The position numbers and the translations under genes were made by a program. Positions 28,417-38,057 of a DNA stretch of 64,000 nucleotides are shown here, piece by piece. Below the pieces are notes generated by a model. That model was not told the origin of the DNA. It did no database searches and saw only the letters and a program-made list of their open reading frames with translations. The DNA lies in IMG/VR virus record IMGVR_UViG_3300029736_000004; one strand, 5' to 3'. How positions within the stretch are numbered: the stretch's first letter is position 1; every line of letters begins with the position of its first letter. Origin of the DNA: a virus. Lineage: Duplodnaviria > Heunggongvirae > Uroviricota > Caudoviricetes.

Positions 28417-28782
28417 TTAATCAGGGAGTGAGTTTGCCAAATTCTGTGCAGAGCGGCTTTTCGAAACGCCAGGTTTTTTAACATCCGCTGAGGCAGAGGG
28501 GTTTCCTTCAGGGTTTTCCCGAACTTCAGGCGAAATTTCAAGAAATGAAACCAGCATTTTTCTGATCACTTCAGGGCTATTATCACCGGATAAAAGCGAT
28601 GCCAACATGGGAGGTAATCTGCTATCAACCTCGCCAAGAGCGATACCTGCAAGCATCGCTGTGCGCGCCATATCATTGCGATCTCTTAATGGATGGCCCT
28701 CAAGTTTTGCATCAGCATATTGCTCACTGGCGTTAAGACCAGGACGAAGATAAAACAATACTTTTCGACGTTCCTGAGACAT
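28417..28782 (-). CDS. parR: ParR (StbB-like) centromere-binding protein
   Basis: Resembles R1 ParR (RKVLFYLRPGLNASEQYADAKL...RTAMLAGIAL); directly downstream of parM. Confidence 0.7.
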   Translation of the reverse strand: MSQERRKVLFYLRPGLNASEQYADAKLEGHPLRDRNDMARTAMLAGIALGEVDSRLPPMLASLLSGDNSPEVIRKMLVSFLEISPEVRENPEGNPSASADVKKPGVSKSRSAQNLANSLPD

Positions 28783-28792
28783 GGCAACCTCA

Positions 28793-29752
28793 TCAACCGA
28801 TAGATTTTAGACCATAGACAAGAGCAAGTTGTGGATCATCAGCAACGAAAAACCTATCGTCACGAATGTTTACCTGCTCACGGATAGCATCAGCAACAAG
28901 CGGCGCGCCGCCACCAATGACCATAACATGCGTGTATCCTTTGAAATCACTGATCACATCCAGTACGCGTGTACGGAGTCGTTCTATGCTTGACGAAATG
29001 GCTTTCTTAACATCATCAATAGCAGACGGATCGTTAATATTGTCGGTCAAATAATCCTCATCATCACGATTAATGATTAATTGATCGACATTATAATTAG
29101 AGGTTTCGGTATTCGCTTTTGCAAGTGCCTGTCTGACCTCTTTAGTTACCAGCGAAACGCCGAGATTAGAATCGCCAAATACGCGAGAAACGGCGGTCAT
29201 TTGCCCGGCGACCATCGACACATCCAGAGTAGTCCCACCAAGATCAACAATAAGCACAGAATGCGCTGGCACAAGGCTGTCGCACAGACCGATCCCTGCG
29301 GGTATTGACTCCGGGCGCACAGTCACTTTTTTGATAGTAAAAACCTGACCTTTGTTAAGGGTGACTGGTCGCATCAGGCTGGCCTTTTTCCGCTCAATAT
29401 TTTTCATGTTGTATTGTGCGTCGTCGTCATAAAACTCTGCCAGTGGCAACGTGACAACTATTTCCACTTCTTGAGGCTCAATGCCACTTGTAAGCAGGGC
29501 ATGATGAACAGCAAGCACATTAAGCGGGCTGTATTGCCATTCAACGTTATTCGTCGGCAGCACATCCGGCGAGATCAAGTCATATGAATATTTTTCGTCA
29601 TCAATGATGTAGTTAAACGGCTTTCCTGCGCCAAATGTGGCGGACCATCCACGTTTAAAACTGTTCGGACAGATATGGGTTCGAGTTTCCCCGTCTTGTT
29701 CCCACAGCATTTTGATATTGGTAGAACCATCGTCGATAAAAATGCGCATCAT
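28793..29752 (-). CDS. parM: ParM (StbA) actin-like segregation ATPase
   Basis: MMRIFIDDGSTNIK...NSFKRGW...AVHHALLTSG matches R1 ParM; start at ATG with GGAG RBS. Confidence 0.85.
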   Translation of the reverse strand: MMRIFIDDGSTNIKMLWEQDGETRTHICPNSFKRGWSATFGAGKPFNYIIDDEKYSYDLISPDVLPTNNVEWQYSPLNVLAVHHALLTSGIEPQEVEIVVTLPLAEFYDDDAQYNMKNIERKKASLMRPVTLNKGQVFTIKKVTVRPESIPAGIGLCDSLVPAHSVLIVDLGGTTLDVSMVAGQMTAVSRVFGDSNLGVSLVTKEVRQALAKANTETSNYNVDQLIINRDDEDYLTDNINDPSAIDDVKKAISSSIERLRTRVLDVISDFKGYTHVMVIGGGAPLVADAIREQVNIRDDRFFVADDPQLALVYGLKSIG

Positions 29753-29766
29753 ATTGCTCCACTTCT

Positions 29767-29940
29767 GAGACACATTTGAGAAAGAATTGAATTTTATATG
29801 AGAAAACAAAATAAGACCAGAAGTTAGATAGCGTAAAAAGCATCAAACTAGAGACGTAAAAGAGACACAAAAGAGACTTAGATGATACATGATGTACCCA
29901 CGATACCCATTTGAGACAAATCAGAGACAAATATGAGAAG
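29767..29940. repeat. parC-like centromere: clusters of 11-bp-phased (A/T)GAGA(C/A) repeats
   Basis: AGAGAC at 29851, 29862, 29873 and TGAGAC/AGAGAC/TGAGAA at 29913, 29924, 29935; more copies at 29767-29805. Confidence 0.6.
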
Positions 29941-30001
29941 TAAGAAATCTGAAGAGTGAAAATCACAAAGTGGAGAAGATTTAAGAAAAAGGAGGTGTTA
30001 G

Positions 30002-30286
30002 ATGAGTGCAATAGCGACCAGTGACACAGTTTGTTCTGGTCATGGAGGATTCCCTCCGCGACCTGTAGCAGAAACAGTTTCCTGGTTTACCGTAAATGGA
30101 AAGCCAGTGGTTGTAGATGGGGGAGCGTTCCCCAGCCATACAGACGGAAATAGCGCGCACCCCGGATCAGCCGTATCGACGCGCTCATGGTTTGCAATAG
30201 GCGGAAAAGGAGTTGTTTGTGTGGGAGATCCCCTTTCTTGTGGCTCAGTCATCGCCAATGGTGAGGCAATTTTTCAGGTGTCATAA
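30002..30286 (+). CDS. PAAR-motif spike-tip protein
   Basis: NGKPVVVDGG and IGGKGVVCVGDPLSCGSVIANG PAAR-like repeats; AGGAGG RBS. Confidence 0.55.
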   Translation: MSAIATSDTVCSGHGGFPPRPVAETVSWFTVNGKPVVVDGGAFPSHTDGNSAHPGSAVSTRSWFAIGGKGVVCVGDPLSCGSVIANGEAIFQVS

Positions 30287-31080
30287 TGCTTGATTCAATC
30301 GCTGAAGTTAATGCATTCAAAATTCTAAATGCATCAGGCACAACTACGCCTGCATCTATCACGCTAAGTAAAACAGCGTCATCCAATGCCAGTTCTCTGG
30401 AAGAGAATATCCAGGCTCTTATCCTGAAGGATAAAGCATACCCGGCGTCGGTGGTTTCATGGGTCAATCAGCTTTCTGTCTTTTCAGAACAACTGAAAAC
30501 TGTCAGTGCAGAAGCAACCAATTTAGCCGACTCGCTGTCTCCGTATACTTCGCCAACTGAATTACTTCAGATGAAAATTGGCTGGGAATGTTACGTCAAA
30601 GGTAATGAGTTATCTCCTGCGCCAGAATTTGCTCTCGTAACAGTTATGGGAGATACCCTGCATCCGCAATCGCTTATTGACGCGTTGGCTGCATTTGAAC
30701 TGGTGCCAATCACTTCAGCCATGGCCGCTATAAATGCAAAAGTTCAGGCGTCAAGCGGGGAGGCTTCAGGCAACGGAAGTTCCACCGGAACAACACAGCA
30801 ACCAGCACTAACAGAAGAAGAGATCAAAGCACTAAAAGACGCTGTGGAAGCAGCAACAGAACAAATAAATGCAATAAACAACACGAGCAGTAGTCTCTCA
30901 ACACTTGCACAGCAAGTTAAGGACTCTACCGGAAAAGCCAAACAGGGACTGGAAAATGCTGTAGCTATTACGTTAACCGGTTCTCTACTGGGCGATGAAG
31001 TAATGAGTCCGGCAATCAGTTTGATCATGCCACAAGGTGTAATCGATGCGCTCCAAAGCAACACTAAAAAGGAATCATAA
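30286..31080 (+). CDS. hypothetical protein (264 aa), coupled to the PAAR gene
   Basis: Start overlaps the PAAR stop; Ser/Thr/Ala-rich. Confidence 0.45.
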   Translation: MLDSIAEVNAFKILNASGTTTPASITLSKTASSNASSLEENIQALILKDKAYPASVVSWVNQLSVFSEQLKTVSAEATNLADSLSPYTSPTELLQMKIGWECYVKGNELSPAPEFALVTVMGDTLHPQSLIDALAAFELVPITSAMAAINAKVQASSGEASGNGSSTGTTQQPALTEEEIKALKDAVEAATEQINAINNTSSSLSTLAQQVKDSTGKAKQGLENAVAITLTGSLLGDEVMSPAISLIMPQGVIDALQSNTKKES

Positions 31081-31150
31081 CCACACCATTTAAGCCCATA
31101 AATGGTTACAAATTGGTACACATATCACACCAACAAAAAATCTGAAGAGG

Positions 31151-31609
31151 ATGGTTTTGAAAAAGATAATTTTGATAGTAGTTGCGCTTTTAGCCATTTA
31201 TGGAATTTACCGTACTACGGCGGCAGTTATCGATCACATCAGGTATATCCGTTCCCTGGAAGACTCAAAATCACAACTTGAAAGCGAGAACAACACGCTT
31301 TCTACCGCATTGCAGTTAAGTGAAAAATCGCGATCTGCCATGATGGCTGAAAACGAAAGAATTAAAACACTGGAGAAGGAGTACCAGCGCAAAACAGCAG
31401 AACTGAATACCAGCCTGATCAAACAACGGGAGGAAAGCCAGAATGAAATCAATCGTCTTGAAACTGCGTTACGTAATGCCGGGGTTAATGATGTGCGTGT
31501 GCCTGATGACGTTATCAGGATGCAGCGGGAACGGGCAAAAGAAATCAATCAGCGTGCCAATGCAAATTACCGTAGAAGCCACCAGCAAACCGCAGGGAAA
31601 TCTGATTGA
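31151..31609 (+). CDS. Rz-like i-spanin
   Basis: N-terminal transmembrane helix then coiled-coil; contains the overlapping Rz1-like ORF. Confidence 0.55.
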   Translation: MVLKKIILIVVALLAIYGIYRTTAAVIDHIRYIRSLEDSKSQLESENNTLSTALQLSEKSRSAMMAENERIKTLEKEYQRKTAELNTSLIKQREESQNEINRLETALRNAGVNDVRVPDDVIRMQRERAKEINQRANANYRRSHQQTAGKSD

Positions 31610-31775
31610 TTATACCCCTTGCATAGTGCCAGAGGACACACCTGTGCTGTTAAACAAGTATCCGGCATACACTGAACAGTTATTCAGCACTATCGATGAA
31701 TGCAACCAACGAAATGCACTGAATAACCAAAGGAACAGGGAAATTTGGGAAGGGAAGGGGGATCACGGCTCCTGA
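31476..31775 (+). CDS. Rz1-like o-spanin lipoprotein (overlapping Rz in +1 frame)
   Basis: LSGC lipobox after a short signal peptide; Pro-rich mature part; start uncertain (31443 or 31476). Confidence 0.45.
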   Translation: MPGLMMCVCLMTLSGCSGNGQKKSISVPMQITVEATSKPQGNLIDYTPCIVPEDTPVLLNKYPAYTEQLFSTIDECNQRNALNNQRNREIWEGKGDHGS

Positions 31776-32245
31776 AGCCAGATATCCTGGCTGTCAGCTT
31801 CTTCAAAACCGTGACAGACGTTAAAGTCACTCAAGCGATACTGGCGCTGACGGCCTCTATTTCGCTCATGCCAATGCATATATCCACCGGCAAATGCCAG
31901 CGGACAATCGCTATAGTCGATGTAGCCAATACCATTACCCAAACGCGCTTCGCGCGCCCCGGCTTTCCAGGACAGTAGAAAAGAGTCACGATCTGCCAGC
32001 ATGACTACAAAATCATCTGGATCGCCTATGCAGTGAAGAATGCCTGCCTTGCATAACTGTTTGAGTGCCTTAGACTGGCTCAGGATGTCTTCACCGTAAT
32101 ACTGAAAACAATCATCAACAATAGCGGGATAGCCAGCGGGTGGATTCAGGCTGGTTGGTATAGCTGACGCGATAGCCAGCATTAAACGATATTGTGTTTT
32201 CGATGGGTTCGCGTGACTCATGTTTCCTCTACTCACTGTCTCCAT
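31763..32245 (-). CDS. hypothetical protein (160 aa)
   Basis: Coupled downstream of the RHH-like gene. Confidence 0.4.
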   Translation of the reverse strand: METVSRGNMSHANPSKTQYRLMLAIASAIPTSLNPPAGYPAIVDDCFQYYGEDILSQSKALKQLCKAGILHCIGDPDDFVVMLADRDSFLLSWKAGAREARLGNGIGYIDYSDCPLAFAGGYMHWHERNRGRQRQYRLSDFNVCHGFEEADSQDIWLQEP

Positions 32246-32625
32246 GCATTTTTCAGCTCCGGAATATCAGCCATTTCCACTAACTTCCGAAGCCCCGCGC
32301 TGACCTTCCCATTACCAACCGCAGCAAGCCAATCCCTTACTGACTTCGGCATATAAAGAGTGGTCGTTACAGGATCTTCCACTCTTACAGGCGTGCCAAT
32401 TTGAGGCCACTTAACAGATGCCAAAACGTCAGAAGGCGGGGTAAGCGCGGGAACATTAAGAATAGCCTTTCCTGAATGGAGAATCACGATTCGTTCAGCC
32501 AGGGAAAGAATGTCTCTTTCAGTAAGGATTGATGACAGTTGAGCTTCTACAAGGCATCTGCTGCTTGTATTCAGAGAATGGCTTTTAGCACCATTTTTGT
32601 ATGAAACGAAGATCTTGTACGCCAT
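32233..32625 (-). CDS. protein with C-terminal ribbon-helix-helix-like segment (candidate regulator)
   Basis: C-terminal TTLYMPKSVRDWLAAVGNGKVSAGLRKLVE resembles Arc/CopG RHH; adjacent to operator site E. Confidence 0.35.
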   Translation of the reverse strand: MAYKIFVSYKNGAKSHSLNTSSRCLVEAQLSSILTERDILSLAERIVILHSGKAILNVPALTPPSDVLASVKWPQIGTPVRVEDPVTTTLYMPKSVRDWLAAVGNGKVSAGLRKLVEMADIPELKNAWRQ

Positions 32626-32642
32626 TTGTTCTAATGTTTTAT

Positions 32643-32704
32643 GTTAGAAAATTAAGATTAAAACATACTAACACAAGATTGTTAACGAAAATTATTTTTC
32701 TAAT
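32643..32704. promoter_or_regulatory. operator-like motifs (site E) in a divergent promoter region
   Basis: TGTTAGAAAATT-11 bp-ATACTAACAC plus TTTTCTAATG at 32695. Confidence 0.5.
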
Positions 32705-32784
32705 GCTATTGACTAAATAACAAAGTGAGTATTGTCACCTCGTCAAAAGAATCTTCACGCCGCGCCCGAATTTAGGGTTTAACC

Positions 32785-34482
32785 GTGAACAAGAACATTG
32801 AGCCAGCTCGTAAGCGCGAGCGCGAGATTATGAATCGGGCGGCAAGCGTCATGGCTATGACCGTCGATCCAACCACTGATGCTGCCGGTAACATGATTGC
32901 CGACAACGAAGTGATGATGGCTAACCTGGAAAAAGCTATCCAGAAAGAGCCTATGTTTGAAGGCGTTGAACCAGAAGCAGCTCGCCAGATCATTGGTAGC
33001 TGGGCCATGTCTATTCATGAATACAAACGCCAGTATGGGCATTATCCGGCAAGCGATGTATTAGCCAACGCCCATGTAGCACTTGAGCGCCTGATGATGG
33101 AGTCCGCTAAAGAGACTCATGAAGGCGCTGGCAAAGCCATGTTTGAATCAGTAGCCAAGGACATGCGCACCTCCGATGGTGTAATGAAGGTTGCACAATA
33201 TGCCGCACTGATCCTGCCTGCTTCTCTCGGCGCAGCCACCAGCGACGCATGTACGTTTATCCCTTGTGATCGTGATGAAACCAATATTTACGAGCTGACC
33301 AACGTTGCTGGTACAAAATTCGGTACATTCGAGCAGGGCGATGAACTGAACATGCAGTCTGCTGGAGTGTATTCGCAGATGAAACGCCTGTACATCCTGA
33401 CCGAAAAAGGAGATGGCAGCAAAACCACCTTCCAGTTTGATATCCAGAACTTCGAAGGCCAGGCCTGCCCACTGCGCCAGGGCTACAACAAACTGCTGAT
33501 TAACCGCAAACCGTCCAAAGTAGATGATGGTGACGGCAACCTGTATTTCAACGACAAAGACGTCAACGGCAACTCTTTCTCTGTGACGGCAAAGGTTCGA
33601 TACGATACCGGCGTTATCGATATCACCTTTAATGAAGCACCAGCAGAAGGCACAGAAATCGCTGTTCAGGTTGAAATCAACATTGAACGCAATCCGAACC
33701 TGATACCTGTCATTAACCAGTCCATGCGCAATTACGCCCTGCGCCCGTCGGAGTACGTGATCGCATCCGAACATACGGTTATGGCTGCATCTGACCTGAG
33801 CCGTGAACACGGACTCGAACTGGCAGCATTGCAATTCTCTGCAATGCGCAACTGGATTTCCCACGAAATCGATATGATGCGCCTGCGCACTCTGGTATTC
33901 CACACCGTTTACGGTCGTGAATTTGATGTGGCACTGCCAGAAGCGCAGAACTACGAGTCGTGGGTTGGTTTAATTCGCCATGTTGTGAACGCGCTGTCAC
34001 AGGAGATGGCTGACCGCACCCTGACTACCGGTATCCGTGGTGGCTTTGCTGGTGGCGATGCTGCTAACTTCCTGCGTTCCTTACCGCCGCAGCACTTCCA
34101 GTTGGCACCGGGCTATGTACAGTCGCCGTACATTCAATACATCGGCACCCTGTTTGGTTCCATTCGTATCTACGAAGTGCCGAAGCCTATCTGCAAACAA
34201 TTCCAGAAATATGGCTACGACTTCGGCCTGGACGACATCTATTTCTATGGTCGTGGCGAAGGCATTGGTAAAGCAGGCCTGGTCGCAGGTGATGCTGTGC
34301 CTGCTATTCCGTATGTCCACGAAACAAATCCAGCCCTGGTGAACCGCACCACTTTCTGGGGCAAAGCAATCAACGATGTGCATCCGCGCAACGGTGAGAA
34401 CTATTTCACTCGCCTTCGCCTGACACGTTCGAAAGAAGGTGCGATTGACATGTTGAGCGGGCAAATCAACGAAAAAAAGTAG
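32785..34482 (+). CDS. putative major head protein (by position upstream of the sheath)
   Basis: 565-aa ORF, GTG start; heads a block followed by Ig-like, sheath and tube genes; assignment positional only. Confidence 0.35.
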   Translation: MNKNIEPARKREREIMNRAASVMAMTVDPTTDAAGNMIADNEVMMANLEKAIQKEPMFEGVEPEAARQIIGSWAMSIHEYKRQYGHYPASDVLANAHVALERLMMESAKETHEGAGKAMFESVAKDMRTSDGVMKVAQYAALILPASLGAATSDACTFIPCDRDETNIYELTNVAGTKFGTFEQGDELNMQSAGVYSQMKRLYILTEKGDGSKTTFQFDIQNFEGQACPLRQGYNKLLINRKPSKVDDGDGNLYFNDKDVNGNSFSVTAKVRYDTGVIDITFNEAPAEGTEIAVQVEINIERNPNLIPVINQSMRNYALRPSEYVIASEHTVMAASDLSREHGLELAALQFSAMRNWISHEIDMMRLRTLVFHTVYGREFDVALPEAQNYESWVGLIRHVVNALSQEMADRTLTTGIRGGFAGGDAANFLRSLPPQHFQLAPGYVQSPYIQYIGTLFGSIRIYEVPKPICKQFQKYGYDFGLDDIYFYGRGEGIGKAGLVAGDAVPAIPYVHETNPALVNRTTFWGKAINDVHPRNGENYFTRLRLTRSKEGAIDMLSGQINEKK

Positions 34483-34611
34483 CAGTGGCGAACGTGTCAG
34501 TTTCACCAACGGCAATTGAAGTAAACGAAGGTGAAACTATCGCCGCGAGCACTTCAAAGACACGAAAAACACCCAAAAAGAAGTAAAACCAGCCCCTGAA
34601 TAGGGGGCTAT

Positions 34612-34902
34612 ATGGAGGAAAAAATGGCTGATATCAAAGTAACTATTACCCCACCAAATGCGACAGATAAAACTTTCACTGTCGAATCCGATCATCCGGA
34701 AATTGTGAGAGTTGATGGAACCACATGCACCGCAGTATCTGCTGGTACTGCGGTACTAACCATCAAAACTACAGATGGAAATAAAACCGCAACGTGCACT
34801 GTAACGGTTAATGAAGCCGTAGTAAGTGTCGACTCTGTCAGCGTTGATCCGTCAACCAAAGAAGTGACGGTAGGTGACAGCTTCACGGTCGGCGAAGCCT
34901 GA
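34612..34902 (+). CDS. Ig-like (Big_2-type) domain protein
   Basis: Thr/Val-rich beta-sandwich-like sequence; strong RBS. Confidence 0.45.
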   Translation: MEEKMADIKVTITPPNATDKTFTVESDHPEIVRVDGTTCTAVSAGTAVLTIKTTDGNKTATCTVTVNEAVVSVDSVSVDPSTKEVTVGDSFTVGEA

Positions 34903-34967
34903 TAAAAGCCTCCCCATGCAAATGGGGAGGCTTCTCTCATCCGCTCGATAAAGAGGAAAAGAGCAGC

Positions 34968-36623
34968 ATGAATAAAATTGGTTTTTCTGTTGGTCAGGCT
35001 GCGGGCGTTGCGGTAGCGGACGTTAATGCCGATGCTACTCTGACTAACACATCTGGCGGTGCTTCCGTCTTTGCCGGGCTGGTCATTTCCCGCAGAGGGG
35101 CGCCAGGTAAGGTTTTGCAGGTTACAGCAGCCAACTATCAGAGCGTGTTAGGTTCACCTCTTCACCCGCGCACCGGGGCCGCATTTGAACCATATCGCCA
35201 CGTTGAACGCGCAGTAAAAGGCGGCAGCGGTTATGTGGTTCGCGTATGCGCAAAAGACATGAAAGTACCGGGCATTGCCGTTTCTGTTCAGGCCAAGTCG
35301 AAAAGCACTAAGTCTGCAAAAACTCTGCAAATTGCTCCGACCGAAGCAACGGTAAACATCGGCGATACACTGACCGTTCGTGCCGTTTCTGGTGCCACTT
35401 CTACGGTAACTTTCGCTGCAAGCGAAACACCTGAAATTTCCGGCAGTGAACTGGCTATTTTCTACATAAAGGACGGTGATGCTTCGACAAACCGCACGTT
35501 ATCACTGACCCGTGAGGACGAAGAAAATGACCTGTTCACTCTGGAACTGAAAGAGACACAGACCGATGGTTCTGTAGAAACTCTGGAAAGCTACCAGGTT
35601 TCTTTCGATCCGGATGCAACGAACGATATGGGCCAGCCAGCATGGATTCCTGCGTTGTTAGAAAGTCAGTCCACCAGGCTTGGAGCTGTACTGGCTGATG
35701 GTGCCGAAGACTCCGCTCACTTGCTGACTTTCGAAGATGTAGCGTTTGAAGGCGGTACAGATGGCGATCTGTCCTCAATTGACGCTGATGATTATCTGAA
35801 AGCGTTAGAGGTTCTCGAAGCGTCAGAAGTTAATTATACCGCGCTGCTTTCTCTGGGCTGCTACGACGCATCCGTGCTGGCAAAAATCAATTCGCTGGCA
35901 GAAGACGTTCGCGTGGATATGTTCTACGACCTGAAATGTGCTCAGACTGGTGAAAACGCTATCGCAGAAGCTAAATCACATGGTTTCGGCAAATCCCACC
36001 AGGCTGCACGTTATCACTTCCCGTACTCATGCCGTGACACTTTCAGCGGTATGAATGTGGTTTACGGAATCAGTTGCGACGCATTTGTGGCAAAAGCGAA
36101 AGGCGTTGCGCTTGTGTCTGATGTAGGCGGCTGGCATTACGCCCCGGCTGGTCTGTCTCGCGCAATCATTGATCGCCAGAACATCACCAGACTCTCCGGG
36201 ATTGGCACAATCGATCGTGAAGCGTATGTAACCGCTCGTATTAACCCTGTAAGCGTTGCAGCGGATGGTTCTGTCTACATCGACGACTCCCTGACGACAT
36301 ACAGCAAAAATAACCATCTGCGATTCCAGCACGTTTCATCACTGATGAATGCAATTGCCCGCAATTTCTATGAAGTTGCTCAGGCAATCAAGCATGAACC
36401 TGATGGCGTAACGCAGGAAAGTCTGACTAACGCACTGACAGATCTTCTGGACCGTTTTTATGCGGCTGGTGCGCTGGTTACACCACGCGATGAATCTCAA
36501 GGTTCAGACCCTTATGTGGTCAAGGTAACTCAAAAAGACATCGACTTGTGGGAAGTGGAATGGTCCGTGTGCCCAACAGGCACTGCTCGTCGAATCCTCG
36601 GCAAACCAATCCTGATGCGTTGA
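34968..36623 (+). CDS. tail sheath protein
   Basis: C-terminal region (INPVSVAADGSVYIDDSLTTYS ... VVKVTQKD ... VEWSVCPTGTARRI) parallels the T4 gp18 C-terminal domain. Confidence 0.6.
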   Translation: MNKIGFSVGQAAGVAVADVNADATLTNTSGGASVFAGLVISRRGAPGKVLQVTAANYQSVLGSPLHPRTGAAFEPYRHVERAVKGGSGYVVRVCAKDMKVPGIAVSVQAKSKSTKSAKTLQIAPTEATVNIGDTLTVRAVSGATSTVTFAASETPEISGSELAIFYIKDGDASTNRTLSLTREDEENDLFTLELKETQTDGSVETLESYQVSFDPDATNDMGQPAWIPALLESQSTRLGAVLADGAEDSAHLLTFEDVAFEGGTDGDLSSIDADDYLKALEVLEASEVNYTALLSLGCYDASVLAKINSLAEDVRVDMFYDLKCAQTGENAIAEAKSHGFGKSHQAARYHFPYSCRDTFSGMNVVYGISCDAFVAKAKGVALVSDVGGWHYAPAGLSRAIIDRQNITRLSGIGTIDREAYVTARINPVSVAADGSVYIDDSLTTYSKNNHLRFQHVSSLMNAIARNFYEVAQAIKHEPDGVTQESLTNALTDLLDRFYAAGALVTPRDESQGSDPYVVKVTQKDIDLWEVEWSVCPTGTARRILGKPILMR

Positions 36624-36666
36624 TTTATCTTCCCCGCTGAAACGCGGGGATGAATGAGGTTTCCTA

Positions 36667-37413
36667 ATGAAAAACTATTCTGTTGTTGATCCATTCATGC
36701 GCGCGCTATTTGCAGGCAAAACAGCCGATAACGCAGATACAGCCATACTGGAAAGCGCCAAAGATTCTGGTTGTTTTGAAAGTGGCGATAACGCCATCCT
36801 GGAAAGTGCCAAGAATGGAACCGATGGCGCGGATATCGAAGCCGCAATGATGGAAGCGGTGGAATCCCGTGCACAAAGTGACATCCGCAGTCTGGCAGCT
36901 TCAATGCTGGCGAGCTGGGTAGAAGATGGCGACCCTGAAGCGGATTCATTTGATGCGCTGGCAATCACAATGGCTGGCCTGGCCGACATTGACGAAGACA
37001 CAGAACTGACCGACGAACAGGTTGACGCATATAACGACGCACTCGCGGCGTTGGCTAACGCGGCTGTGGCCCTGGGCGCTGATCAGGACGACGTCACCGA
37101 GATGATCGATGACGAAGATGACGCGGCAGCAGAACGCGTATTTGACGCACTGTCAGAAAGCGATAGCGAAATGATGGAAGAAGCCATTGCAATTTACACC
37201 GTTGCTGGTGGCAATACAGCAATGCTCGAAGCTGTAAGCAAAAAAGTCGTCCGTGATGGCAAGGTTACTATCATCCGCAAACGCCCGCGCCCGCGTCGCA
37301 TGACGTCCTTACAAAAGCAGGCGCTGAAAAAAGCGCGCCTTAAGGCGCATACGTCGATAGCTAACACTCGCCGCCGGAAGTCTATCCGCATTCGCAAAAA
37401 ACGCGGCCTGTAA
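36667..37413 (+). CDS. acidic protein with basic C-terminus (virion-associated by context)
   Basis: Asp/Glu-rich body with Arg/Lys-rich tail. Confidence 0.4.
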   Translation: MKNYSVVDPFMRALFAGKTADNADTAILESAKDSGCFESGDNAILESAKNGTDGADIEAAMMEAVESRAQSDIRSLAASMLASWVEDGDPEADSFDALAITMAGLADIDEDTELTDEQVDAYNDALAALANAAVALGADQDDVTEMIDDEDDAAAERVFDALSESDSEMMEEAIAIYTVAGGNTAMLEAVSKKVVRDGKVTIIRKRPRPRRMTSLQKQALKKARLKAHTSIANTRRRKSIRIRKKRGL

Positions 37414-37431
37414 TTATGTAAGCCACCTGTA

Positions 37432-38049
37432 ATGGTGGCCTGTTTGGGAGAAATAGCAGTGATTTGCGGCGCGATCATGGCAGACGGCATAAGCCCGCTA
37501 ATGAAAGCCTACATCAAGTCAAGTGAGGATATGGTAGTCGGATATATCGGCGAAGGTTCCTCTGCCGAACTATCGTCTCTGTGGCAGTCGCCATTTGAAG
37601 ATAAAGCGATGGGCAGCATGTTAGGCGCTATTAGCGAGGCTGCATCATCTCTTGCAGGCATCGTGCAGACATCATCAGGGTACACGAGTAAAAGCCGGTT
37701 CAACTCCACCCTCGTGTGGGAAGGGCAACAACCGCCGGAATTTACCCTTGTCCTGGATTTTTTAGCTACATCCAGCGCAAAAATTGAGGTGAATGACGCC
37801 ATCACGACGTTGCTGAAAATGGCATCGCCAGAACTAAACGACATTACGCCTTTTGGTCGAGTCCCGGAGGCCGTAACGATAAATATCGGCAGGAACGTGA
37901 TGTTAACGAACGTTGTGATCAAAAGCGTCAGCTATCAGCTTGACGCCCCGCGCACATCGGAAGGCTATTTCACCCACAACACGGTCACTCTGCAATGCAG
38001 TGGCAACACATCTATTAACCGCAGCAATATCTCATCTGTTTTTGTTTAG
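37432..38049 (+). CDS. tail component (hypothetical)
   Basis: ORF between sheath and tube genes. Confidence 0.4.
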   Translation: MVACLGEIAVICGAIMADGISPLMKAYIKSSEDMVVGYIGEGSSAELSSLWQSPFEDKAMGSMLGAISEAASSLAGIVQTSSGYTSKSRFNSTLVWEGQQPPEFTLVLDFLATSSAKIEVNDAITTLLKMASPELNDITPFGRVPEAVTINIGRNVMLTNVVIKSVSYQLDAPRTSEGYFTHNTVTLQCSGNTSINRSNISSVFV

Positions 38050-38057
38050 GAGTAATT

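Noticed and set aside
29767-29940. Short regularly spaced repeats that could be mistaken for a CRISPR array
   Set aside because: Units are 6-11 bp with 11-bp phasing, lack spacers of uniform length, and sit directly upstream of parM; interpreted as a parC centromere.
33148-33903. 251-aa minus-strand ORF
   Set aside because: Antisense shadow inside the 565-aa head-like gene; Cys/His-rich low-complexity translation.
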